From assembly GCF_000023205.1 (NCBI RefSeq), contig NC_012803.1:750001-782000 (forward strand): a DNA stretch of 32,000 nt, given 5' to 3'. The first letter of the stretch is position 1; every line of letters begins with the position of its first letter. This document shows, in pieces, positions 16,588 through 25,619 of this stretch. The notes beneath the pieces are model-generated. The model saw nothing but the letters and a program-made list of their open reading frames with translations. It did no database searches and was not told the DNA's origin. Position numbers and translations under genes: made by a program. Origin of the DNA: Micrococcus luteus NCTC 2665. Lineage in GTDB: Bacteria; Actinomycetota; Actinomycetes; Actinomycetales; Micrococcaceae.

Positions 16588-18849
16588 ATGGAGGGTCCTG
16601 AGATCACCTTCGCCGAGGCCGTCATCGACAACGGCTCGTACGGCAAGCGCACCGTCCGCTTCGAGACCGGGCGCCTCGCCCAGCAGGCCGCCGGCGCCGC
16701 CATGGTCTACCTCGACGAGGAGACGTCGATGCTGTCCGCCACCACCGTGGGCAAGTCCCCCCGCGAGGGCTTCGACTTCTTCCCGCTGACCGTGGACGTC
16801 GAGGAGCGCATGTACGCCTCGGGCCGCATCCCCGGCTCGTTCTTCCGCCGCGAGGGCCGCCCGTCCACGGACGCGATCCTCACCTGCCGCCTGATCGACC
16901 GCCCGCTGCGCCCGGCGTTCGTCAAGGGCATTCGCAACGAGGTCCAGGTCGTCGTGACCGTCACCTCGATCGCCCCGGACGAGATCTACGACACGGTGGC
17001 CATCAACGCCGCCTCCCTGTCCACGCAGCTGTCCGGCCTGCCGTTCTCCGGCCCCATCGGCGGCGTGCGGATGGCCCTCATGGACGACGGCTCCGGCGCG
17101 CGCCAGTGGGTCGCGTTCCCGAAGCACTCCCAGCTCAAGGGCGCCGTGTTCAACATGGCCGTGGCCGGCCGCGTGGTGGGCGACGACGTCGCCATCATGA
17201 TGGTCGAGGCCGAGGCGACCCCGGACTCCTGGACCCTGGTCAAGGAGCGCGGCGCGCAGGCGCCCACCGAGGAGATCGTGGCCGAGGGCCTCGAGGCCGC
17301 CAAGCCCTTCATCCGCGCCCTGTGCGAGGCCCAGGCCGACCTGGTCAAGCGCGCCGGCAAGGACCCGGTGGACGTCCCCGTGTTCCAGGACTACCAGGAC
17401 GACGCCTACGCCGCCGTCGAGAAGCTCGCCACGGACCGCCTGACCGAGATCTTCTCCATCGCCGACAAGCAGGAGCGCGAGTCGGCCTCGTACGCCTACC
17501 TGCTCGAGGTGCTCGAGGAGCTCGCCGGCGAGGGCAAGGACTTCGCCGAGCGCAAGGGCGAGATCGCCAAGGCCTACGGCTCCCTCACCAAGCAGATCGT
17601 GCGTCGCCGCATCCTCACCGACCAGGTGCGCATCGACGGCCGCGGCCTGACGGACATCCGCAAGCTGACCGCGGAGGTGGAGGTCCTGCCCCGCGTGCAC
17701 GGCTCCGCCATCTTCGAGCGCGGCGAGACCCAGATCATGGGCGTCACCACGCTGAACATGCTCAAGATGGAGCAGCAGATCGACTCGCTGTCGCCGGAGA
17801 CGGCCAAGCGGTACATGCACCACTACAACTTCCCGCCGTACTCCACCGGCGAGACCGGCCGCGTGGGCTCCCCGAAGCGCCGCGAGATCGGCCACGGCGC
17901 CCTCGCCGAGCGCGCCCTGGTGCCCGTGCTCCCGGCCCGCGAGGAGTTCCCCTACGCGATCCGCCAGGTCTCCGAGGCCCTCAGTTCCAACGGCTCGACG
18001 TCGATGGGCTCCGTCTGCGCCTCCACCCTGTCCCTGCTGAACGCGGGCGTGCCGCTGCGCGCGCACGTGGCCGGCATCGCCATGGGCCTGGTCTCCGCCG
18101 AGGTGGACGGCCAGACCCAGTACGCGGCCCTGACCGACATCCTCGGCGCCGAGGACGCGTTCGGCGACATGGACTTCAAGGTGGCCGGCACCGCCGAGTT
18201 CGTCACCGCGATCCAGCTGGACACCAAGCTGGACGGCATCCCGGCTTCCGTCCTGGCCTCCGCCCTGACGCAGGCCCGCGAGGCGCGCCTGCACATCCTG
18301 TCCGTGCTGAACGCCGCCATCGACGCCCCGGACGAGATGGCCCCCACCGCCCCGCGGATCATCTCCGTGCGCATCCCGGTGGACAAGATCGGCGCGGTCA
18401 TCGGCCCCAAGGGCGCCATGATCAACCAGATCCAGGACGACACGGGCGCGGACATCACCATCGAGGACGACGGCACCGTGCTGATCGGCGCCACCGACGG
18501 CGCCTCGGCCGAGGCCGCGCGCTCCGCGGTGAACGCGATCGCCAACCCGCAGGTCCCCGAGGTCGGCGAGCGCTACCTCGGCACCGTCGTGAAGCTGACC
18601 ACGTTCGGCGCGTTCGTCTCGCTCACCCCGGGCAAGGACGGCCTGCTGCACGTCTCCGAGCTGCGCAAGCTCAACGAGGGCAAGCGCGTGGACGACGTCG
18701 AGGACGTGCTCGGCGTGGGCCAGAAGGTCCAGGTCGAGATCACCAAGATCGACGACCGCGGCAAGCTCTCCCTCTCCCCGGTGGGGGCGGAGTCCGACGC
18801 CGTGGCCGAGACCGCGGACGCGATCGAGTCCTCGCAGACCGAGGCCTGA
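16588..18849 (+). CDS. pnp: Polyribonucleotide nucleotidyltransferase (PNPase / GpsI)
   Basis: Two RNase PH-like cores ([30 protein letters not shown]), a KH region ([11 protein letters not shown]) and an S1 region (FGAFVSL..GLLHVSE). AGGAGG (16577-16582) lies 5 nt upstream. Confidence 0.98.
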   Translation: MEGPEITFAEAVIDNGSYGKRTVRFETGRLAQQAAGAAMVYLDEETSMLSATTVGKSPREGFDFFPLTVDVEERMYASGRIPGSFFRREGRPSTDAILTCRLIDRPLRPAFVKGIRNEVQVVVTVTSIAPDEIYDTVAINAASLSTQLSGLPFSGPIGGVRMALMDDGSGARQWVAFPKHSQLKGAVFNMAVAGRVVGDDVAIMMVEAEATPDSWTLVKERGAQAPTEEIVAEGLEAAKPFIRALCEAQADLVKRAGKDPVDVPVFQDYQDDAYAAVEKLATDRLTEIFSIADKQERESASYAYLLEVLEELAGEGKDFAERKGEIAKAYGSLTKQIVRRRILTDQVRIDGRGLTDIRKLTAEVEVLPRVHGSAIFERGETQIMGVTTLNMLKMEQQIDSLSPETAKRYMHHYNFPPYSTGETGRVGSPKRREIGHGALAERALVPVLPAREEFPYAIRQVSEALSSNGSTSMGSVCASTLSLLNAGVPLRAHVAGIAMGLVSAEVDGQTQYAALTDILGAEDAFGDMDFKVAGTAEFVTAIQLDTKLDGIPASVLASALTQAREARLHILSVLNAAIDAPDEMAPTAPRIISVRIPVDKIGAVIGPKGAMINQIQDDTGADITIEDDGTVLIGATDGASAEAARSAVNAIANPQVPEVGERYLGTVVKLTTFGAFVSLTPGKDGLLHVSELRKLNEGKRVDDVEDVLGVGQKVQVEITKIDDRGKLSLSPVGAESDAVAETADAIESSQTEA

Positions 18850-18857
18850 TCCGCCCC

Positions 18858-18927
18858 GGCCGGGCATGCCCGGCCCGGTGACCACGACGGCGCCGCACCC
18901 TCCCAGCGAGTGGTGCGGCGCCGTCGT
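18858..18927 (+). terminator. Two consecutive GC hairpins after pnp (U-tract-less terminator or 3' stabiliser)
   Basis: An 18-nt perfect palindrome GGCCGGGCATGCCCGGCC spans 18858-18875. After it, ACGACGGCGCCGCACC (18884-18899) pairs perfectly with GGTGCGGCGCCGTCGT (18912-18927) around a 12-nt loop. Confidence 0.55.
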
Positions 18928-18938
18928 CGCGCATGGGC

Positions 18939-18944
18939 GAGAAT
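18939..18944 (+). promoter_or_regulatory. Candidate -10-like hexamer GAGAAT, 7 nt upstream of ATG 18952
   Basis: It keeps the conserved A2 and T6 of TANNNT and has the same N7 spacing to an ATG as four other genes in the window. Confidence 0.3.
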
Positions 18945-18951
18945 GTCCGTC

Positions 18952-20271
18952 ATGAGTGTTCACCGTGAGATCCCCCTGGACTTCGACGGCGTGCTGGCGG
19001 ACGAGGGCAACGGTTCCGTGGTGCGCCGCTCCGTGCTGCCCGGCGGCGTCCGTGTGCTCACCGAGGCCATGCCGGACCAGCGCTCGGTGACCATCGGCTA
19101 CTGGGTGGCCGTCGGGTCCCGTGACGAGTCGCCCGAGGGCTTCGGCGCCACGCACTTCCTCGAGCACCTGCTCTTCAAGGGCACTCCCACGCGCACCGCG
19201 ATGGACATCGCGGCCGCCTTCGACCGCGTGGGCGGGGAGTCCAACGCCGGCACGGCCAAGGAGTCCACCGTCTACCACGCCCGCGTGCTGGACGAGGACC
19301 TGCCGATGGCCGTGGAGGTGCTCACGGACATGCTCACCTCCTCCCTGATCGACCCGGACGAGCTCGAGACCGAGCGCGGCGTGATCCTCGAGGAGCTCGC
19401 CATGGACGCGGACGACCCCGTGGACGTGGCCCACGAGAAGCTCGCCGAGGTCATGCTGGACGGCCACCCCCTCGGCCGGCCGATCGGCGGCACGCCCGAG
19501 ACGATCCGGGCCGTCACCCGCGACCACGTGGTCGGGCACTACACGCACTGGTACCGCCCGGACGAGCTCGTCGTCACCGCCGCCGGCCACCTCGACCACG
19601 ACGAGGTCTGCCGCCTCGTCCTCGCCGCCCTGCGCGCCTCGGGCTGGGAGCTCACCCCGGGAGCCCTTCCCGCCCCGCGTCGTGCCGTGGACACCGCCGG
19701 GGCCGCGGCCTCGCGGGTGCGGACCGGCACGCACACCGTCACCAAGGCGGTCGAGCAGGCCAACGTCCTCGTCGGCGGCCGCTCGCTGTCCACCACGGAC
19801 CCGGACCGCTTCGCCCTGGGCGTCATGCAGTCCGTCCTGGGCGGGGGCATGTCCTCGCGGCTGTTCCAGGAGATCCGCGAGCGCCGCGGCCTGGCCTACA
19901 ACACCTACTCGTTCTCCGCCGGGTACTCCGACGCCGGCTACTGGGGCCTGTACGCGGGCTGCCAGCCGGACCGGGTGGAGGAGGTGGCCGCGCTGATGGA
20001 GGCCGAGCTGGACCGGATGGCCGAGGCAGACGTCACCGAGGAGGAGCTCGCGCGCGCCCACGGGCAGATCTGCGGCGGCACCGTGCTGGGCATGGAGTCC
20101 ACGGGCGCCCGCATGTCCCGGCTGGGGCGGGCCGAGCTGGTCACGGGGGAGTACGTGGACCTGGCGGCCTCCCTCGCCCGGGTCCGCGAGGTCGACGCCG
20201 GTCAGGTCCGGGCCGTGGCCGCGCGCCTGGCCGCGGGGGACCGGGCGCGTGTCGTCGTCGCCCCGGCCTGA
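18952..20271 (+). CDS. M16-family (pitrilysin/insulinase-type) zinc peptidase
   Basis: HFLEH zinc-binding motif (GATHFLEHLLFKG). The position after pnp is conserved (PepR-like in mycobacteria). ATG 18952 is favoured by the -10/N7 pattern and lies after the pnp hairpins. ATG 18943 is the alternative. GTG 18910 lies inside the hairpin. Confidence 0.9.
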   Translation: MSVHREIPLDFDGVLADEGNGSVVRRSVLPGGVRVLTEAMPDQRSVTIGYWVAVGSRDESPEGFGATHFLEHLLFKGTPTRTAMDIAAAFDRVGGESNAGTAKESTVYHARVLDEDLPMAVEVLTDMLTSSLIDPDELETERGVILEELAMDADDPVDVAHEKLAEVMLDGHPLGRPIGGTPETIRAVTRDHVVGHYTHWYRPDELVVTAAGHLDHDEVCRLVLAALRASGWELTPGALPAPRRAVDTAGAAASRVRTGTHTVTKAVEQANVLVGGRSLSTTDPDRFALGVMQSVLGGGMSSRLFQEIRERRGLAYNTYSFSAGYSDAGYWGLYAGCQPDRVEEVAALMEAELDRMAEADVTEEELARAHGQICGGTVLGMESTGARMSRLGRAELVTGEYVDLAASLARVREVDAGQVRAVAARLAAGDRARVVVAPA

Positions 20272-20301
20272 CCCCGGCCACGGCCGCCAGTGCGGGCCGC
20301 G

Positions 20302-20307
20302 TAGGCT
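20302..20307 (+). promoter_or_regulatory. Candidate -10 hexamer TAGGCT, 7 nt upstream of the dapB ATG (leaderless)
   Basis: TAGGCT-N7-ATG(20315). Confidence 0.5.
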
Positions 20308-20314
20308 GGAGGCC

Positions 20315-21106
20315 ATGACCGCGACCCGCACCCCCTCCGCCGTGTCCGCTCCCGACGACGTCCCGCGCGTCGCGATCTTGGGTGCCGGTGGCCGCATGGG
20401 CCGCCACGCGGTGCCCGCGGTGCGAGTGGCCGAGGGTCTGGAGCTCGTGGCCGAGCTCGGCTCGCAGGACCGCCTGGACGCGGTGCTCGACGCCGGCGCC
20501 ACCCACGTCCTGGACCTCACGGTCCCGGACGCCTCGCCCGAGAACGTGGCCTTCGCCGTGGAGCACGGGCTGCACACGGTCGTGGGCACGTCGGGCTGGG
20601 TGCCCGAGCGCCGTGCGCGTCTGGAGGCGCAGCTGGCTGAGCGACCGGGGGTGGGCGTGCTGATCGCCCCGAACTTCTCGGTCGGCTCGGTGCTGGCCTC
20701 GGCGTTCGCCGCGCAGGCGGCGCGGTACTTCGAGTCCGTCGAGCTCGTCGAGCTGCACCACCCGGACAAGGTGGATGCCCCGTCGGGCACGGCCGTGCGG
20801 ACCGCCGAGCTCATCGGCGCGGCCCGGGACGCAGCCGGCGTGCCCGTCTCCCCGGACGCCACCGAGCACGACCCGGACGGCGCGCGCGGCGCCGTCGTCC
20901 ACGGCGTGCACGTGCACGCGGTGCGCCTGCGCGGCCTGGCGGCGCACCAGGAGGTGCTGCTGGGCGGGCCGGGCGAGCAGCTCGTGGTCCGGCACGACGC
21001 GTTCGACCGCGGGGCCTACATGCCCGGCGTCGTCCTCGGCCTGCGGACCGTGGCCTCCCGCCCGGGTCTGACCTACGGACTGGACGGATACCTGGACCTT
21101 GGCTGA
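20315..21106 (+). CDS. dapB: 4-hydroxy-tetrahydrodipicolinate reductase
   Basis: VAILGAGGRMG dinucleotide-binding motif, then VVGTSGW and ELHHPDKVDAPSGTA (the E(L/A)HHxxKxDAPSGTA signature). Confidence 0.95.
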   Translation: MTATRTPSAVSAPDDVPRVAILGAGGRMGRHAVPAVRVAEGLELVAELGSQDRLDAVLDAGATHVLDLTVPDASPENVAFAVEHGLHTVVGTSGWVPERRARLEAQLAERPGVGVLIAPNFSVGSVLASAFAAQAARYFESVELVELHHPDKVDAPSGTAVRTAELIGAARDAAGVPVSPDATEHDPDGARGAVVHGVHVHAVRLRGLAAHQEVLLGGPGEQLVVRHDAFDRGAYMPGVVLGLRTVASRPGLTYGLDGYLDLG

Positions 21107-21617
21107 GCCCTCCCGCACCCCCGACGACGGCGCCGTGGGCCCGCCCGCGCCCGCCGTCCGCGCCCGCCGCTCGATCGTGATGAGCAAGGTGTGGGTCGGC
21201 TTCGTGTGCCTGCTCGTGCTGCTGTTCGCCGGGTTCGCCCTCAACGCGTCCGTCGCGCTGGTGGGCGCCCCGCAGCCACTGGCCAAGGCGATCGGCGCGG
21301 GCGTCATCCTCGTGGTGCTGGTGACCGTGGCCGTCCTGGCCCGCGAGGTGTGGTTCGGCCGCCAGACCGAACGCCTGGCGGACCAGCTCGAGGCCGAGGG
21401 CGGACTGCCGGAGGACGACCTGCCGCGCTCGCCCGGCGGCCGGATCGACCGGGAGGCCGCCGACGCCCAGTTCGAGCTGTACCGCGTGGAGGCCGAGGCC
21501 GCACCACGCGACTGGCGCGCCCGCTACCGCCTCGCCCTGGCCTACGACGCCTCGGGCGACCGCCGCCGCGCCCGCGAGGCGGCCCGGGAGGCCGTCCGCC
21601 TGCACCGCGCCGGCTGA
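21099..21617 (+). CDS. Membrane protein, 2 TM plus helical C-terminal domain, unknown function
   Basis: Two hydrophobic helices (VWVGFVCLLVLLFAGFAL and GAGVILVVLVTVAVLA) and a TPR-like C-terminus (RARYRLALAYDASGDRRRAREAAREAV). The start is uncertain. TTG 21099 overlaps the dapB stop by 8 nt. GTG 21135 and ATG 21180 are alternatives. G/C at 26 of 27 third codon positions from 21099 to 21179 favours an early start. Confidence 0.65.
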   Translation: MAEPSRTPDDGAVGPPAPAVRARRSIVMSKVWVGFVCLLVLLFAGFALNASVALVGAPQPLAKAIGAGVILVVLVTVAVLAREVWFGRQTERLADQLEAEGGLPEDDLPRSPGGRIDREAADAQFELYRVEAEAAPRDWRARYRLALAYDASGDRRRAREAAREAVRLHRAG

Positions 21618-21639
21618 CGCGGCCCACGCGTCGCTCAGC
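21613..21639. terminator. Short hairpin spanning both stop codons of convergent genes
   Basis: GCTGACGCG (21613-21621) pairs with CGCGTC-gc-TCAGC (21627-21639) with a 2-nt bulge. It contains TGA 21615-21617 and TCA 21635-21637. Confidence 0.35.
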
Positions 21640-22906
21640 GCCCTCCGACGGCCCGTTCCCCACCCGCCCGGGGCAGCCGGGCCATCGCGGCCTCGAGCGG
21701 ACCCCGTCGGCCACTGAGCTCGGCGGCCAGCCCGGCCATGAGGCACAGCAGGACGAGGACGGCGAGCAGCGCCCCGTCGGCCGGGTCGATCCCGGTCGCG
21801 TCCACGAGCGCGAGCACCACGAGGTGCCCCACGTAGAGCGTGAGCGGGATGCGCCCCGCACCCACGAGCGGGCGCAGCGCGGCGTGCCCGACCAGGGGCC
21901 GGGCCAGCAGGCAGGCGCCCAGCACGGCGCACGCCCAGCCCGCCGCGAGCACGGCGGCCACCACGGACCCGGAGTGCGGGGTCGGCAGGGCGAGCCACAG
22001 CGGATCCGGGATCAGGAGGGCGAGCCGCGGCTCGCCCGTGCGCAGCGTGAGCGCCGTCTCGGCCGGGTCCGTGCCGATCGCCGCGGCGACTCGCCCGACC
22101 GTGCCCGGGGCCCGCAGCACCGCCGCGCCGACGACGACGGCCGCCGCCCACGCCGCGGCCCCGCCGCCGAGGATCCCGGCGGCCACGCGGGGCTGGTCCA
22201 GTGGCAGCCGCCCCAGGGCCAGCCCCAGCACGAGGAACGCGCCCCAGGACAGGACGGGGTAGTAGCCCGTGACCGTCAGATCGGCTAGCAGCAGCCCGGG
22301 ACGCAGCAGGTCCGCGGGGCCGGGGGAGAGCCAGAGCCGCCCGCCCACGAAGAACTCCTGACGGCCCAGGGCGGCCTGTGCGGCCGCGACCACCGCGAAC
22401 ACCAGCACAGGCCCGAGCACGAGCCACGTCCCCGCGATCACCCCCAGGGTGCGGGCGCGCAGGCCCAGCAGGGGCAGCGCGAGCAGGAAGAGCAGGGCGT
22501 AGTGGCACAGGATCACGGCCACGGGGACCCCGAGCGTCCCGCACGCGAGCCCGAGCACGAACAGCAGACCCGCGCGGCGGGCGATCAGGCGGCGCAGCGC
22601 CGCGCGCCGGATCCCCGTGGCCGGCGTCGCGCCCCCCGTGGACAGGGCCAGCCCGACCCCGGCCAGCAGGACGAACAGCACCGAGGCGCGGCCGGCGAAC
22701 CACAGGAACGCCGGGTGGGGTGCTCCGTCCGCCGTCACCGGGTCGACGACGTGGACGGTGACCATGCCGAGCAGGGCGATCCCGCGAGCCGCGTCGACGC
22801 CGGGCAGCCGACGACGCGCGGGCCGGTCCGGGCGGACGGCGGCGGGGGGCGGGGCGGGACGCAGGGCGGGCTCCTCTCGGGTCGCCGCGCGTCGCGGAGG
22901 GGCCAC
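21635..22906 (-). CDS. DUF418/DUF1624-like polytopic membrane protein (heparan-alpha-glucosaminide N-acetyltransferase-like)
   Basis: The N-terminal RLPGVDAARGIALLGMVTVH signature is typical of this family. I count about 10 hydrophobic segments. GTG start at 22906. Confidence 0.75.
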   Translation of the reverse strand: MAPPRRAATREEPALRPAPPPAAVRPDRPARRRLPGVDAARGIALLGMVTVHVVDPVTADGAPHPAFLWFAGRASVLFVLLAGVGLALSTGGATPATGIRRAALRRLIARRAGLLFVLGLACGTLGVPVAVILCHYALLFLLALPLLGLRARTLGVIAGTWLVLGPVLVFAVVAAAQAALGRQEFFVGGRLWLSPGPADLLRPGLLLADLTVTGYYPVLSWGAFLVLGLALGRLPLDQPRVAAGILGGGAAAWAAAVVVGAAVLRAPGTVGRVAAAIGTDPAETALTLRTGEPRLALLIPDPLWLALPTPHSGSVVAAVLAAGWACAVLGACLLARPLVGHAALRPLVGAGRIPLTLYVGHLVVLALVDATGIDPADGALLAVLVLLCLMAGLAAELSGRRGPLEAAMARLPRAGGERAVGGR

Positions 22907-22934
22907 GGACGGCGCGGGCCTTCAGTCTCGCAGG

Positions 22935-22940
22935 TAGGGT
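22935..22940 (+). promoter_or_regulatory. Candidate -10 hexamer TAGGGT, 7 nt upstream of the dapA ATG (leaderless)
   Basis: TAGGGT-N7-ATG(22948). Confidence 0.5.
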
Positions 22941-22947
22941 GGGGCCC

Positions 22948-23865
22948 ATGAGTGCCGTCCGTTCCGCCGTCATCCCCTCCGAGCCGCTCTTCGGCACGGT
23001 CGTGCCCGCCATGGTCACCCCCATGACGGACGAGGGCGCCGTGGACCTCGAGGCGGCCGCCGCGCTGGCCGAGCACCTGGTGGACCGCGGGGCCGACGGC
23101 CTCGTGGTCACCGGCACCACCGGCGAGACCTCCACGCTCACGGACGACGAGAACGTGGCGATGTTCCGCACCGTCGTCGAGGCCGTGGGGGACCGCGCCA
23201 GGGTCGTGGCCGGCACCGGCACCAACGACACGGCGCACACCCTCGAGCTGTCGCGCCGCGCGGCCGAGACGGGCGTGGACGGGCTGCTGCTCGTCACCCC
23301 GTACTACAACAAGCCCAACCAGGCCGGCATCCGCGCGCACTTCGAGACCGTGGCCGACGGGGTGGACCTGCCGATCATGCTCTACGACATCCCGGGCCGC
23401 TCCGTGATGCCGATCGAGCCCGAGACGGTCATCGCGCTCGCGCAGCATCCCAACATCCGTGCGCTCAAGGACGCGAAGGGGGACCTGCAGTCCACCACGA
23501 CCGTCCTGGCGCACACGGACCTCGACCTCTACTCCGGCGACGACGGCGCGACCCTGCCGCTCATGGCGCTCGGCGCCGTGGGGGTCGTCTCGGTGGCCGC
23601 GCACGCGGCCCCCGAGCTGTACCGCCAGCTCGTGGACGCCGTCCACGCCGGCGACCTGGCCGGTGCCCGTGATCACCACTTCGCGCTGGACCCCGTCCAG
23701 CGCGGCATCATGACCCATGTCCAGGGCGCGGTGGCCGCGAAGGCCGTCCTCGCCGCCCAGGGTGTCATCCCGTCCGCAGCCGTGCGGCTGCCCCTCGTCC
23801 AGGCCACGCCGGACGAGCTCTCCGTCATCCGAGCCGACCTCGCGGAGGCCGGCATCACCTTCTAG
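22948..23865 (+). CDS. dapA: 4-hydroxy-tetrahydrodipicolinate synthase
   Basis: GTTGE, TPYYNKP and ALKDAKG (Schiff-base Lys) motifs. ATG 22948 is favoured over GTG 22939 by the -10/N7 geometry. Confidence 0.95.
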   Translation: MSAVRSAVIPSEPLFGTVVPAMVTPMTDEGAVDLEAAAALAEHLVDRGADGLVVTGTTGETSTLTDDENVAMFRTVVEAVGDRARVVAGTGTNDTAHTLELSRRAAETGVDGLLLVTPYYNKPNQAGIRAHFETVADGVDLPIMLYDIPGRSVMPIEPETVIALAQHPNIRALKDAKGDLQSTTTVLAHTDLDLYSGDDGATLPLMALGAVGVVSVAAHAAPELYRQLVDAVHAGDLAGARDHHFALDPVQRGIMTHVQGAVAAKAVLAAQGVIPSAAVRLPLVQATPDELSVIRADLAEAGITF

Positions 23866-23879
23866 AAGGGACCCGTTCC

Positions 23880-25565
<1,686 letters not shown>

Positions 25566-25606
25566 CCCCTCCGGGTCGCCATGCCTGCCGTGTCCGCGGT
25601 TCGCGG

Positions 25607-25612
25607 TAGTTT
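25607..25612 (+). promoter_or_regulatory. Candidate -10 hexamer TAGTTT, 7 nt upstream of the ftsK ATG (leaderless)
   Basis: TAGTTT-N7-ATG(25620). Confidence 0.5.
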
Positions 25613-25619
25613 GGTGGGC

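Noticed and set aside
16371-16789. ORFs 16371-16601 (76 aa) and 16373-16789 (138 aa) in the pnp leader
   Set aside because: They have no SD and Pro/Arg-rich low-complexity translations. They overlap the pnp SD and start. This region is better explained as a structured 5' UTR.
16150-20862. Giant minus-strand ORF (1570 aa) spanning rpsO, pnp, the M16 peptidase and dapB
   Set aside because: It is antisense to four strongly recognisable genes. Its translation is low-complexity Arg/Gly/Ala/Pro-rich with no recognisable motifs. Long stop-free antisense frames are the expected artefact of very high GC3 coding sequence.
20811-23297. 828-aa minus-strand ORF covering dapB through dapA
   Set aside because: It overlaps dapB, the membrane protein gene and dapA out of frame. 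Across 21635-22906 it also runs in a different frame from the real minus-strand DUF418-like gene. The translation is Arg/Pro/Gly low-complexity.
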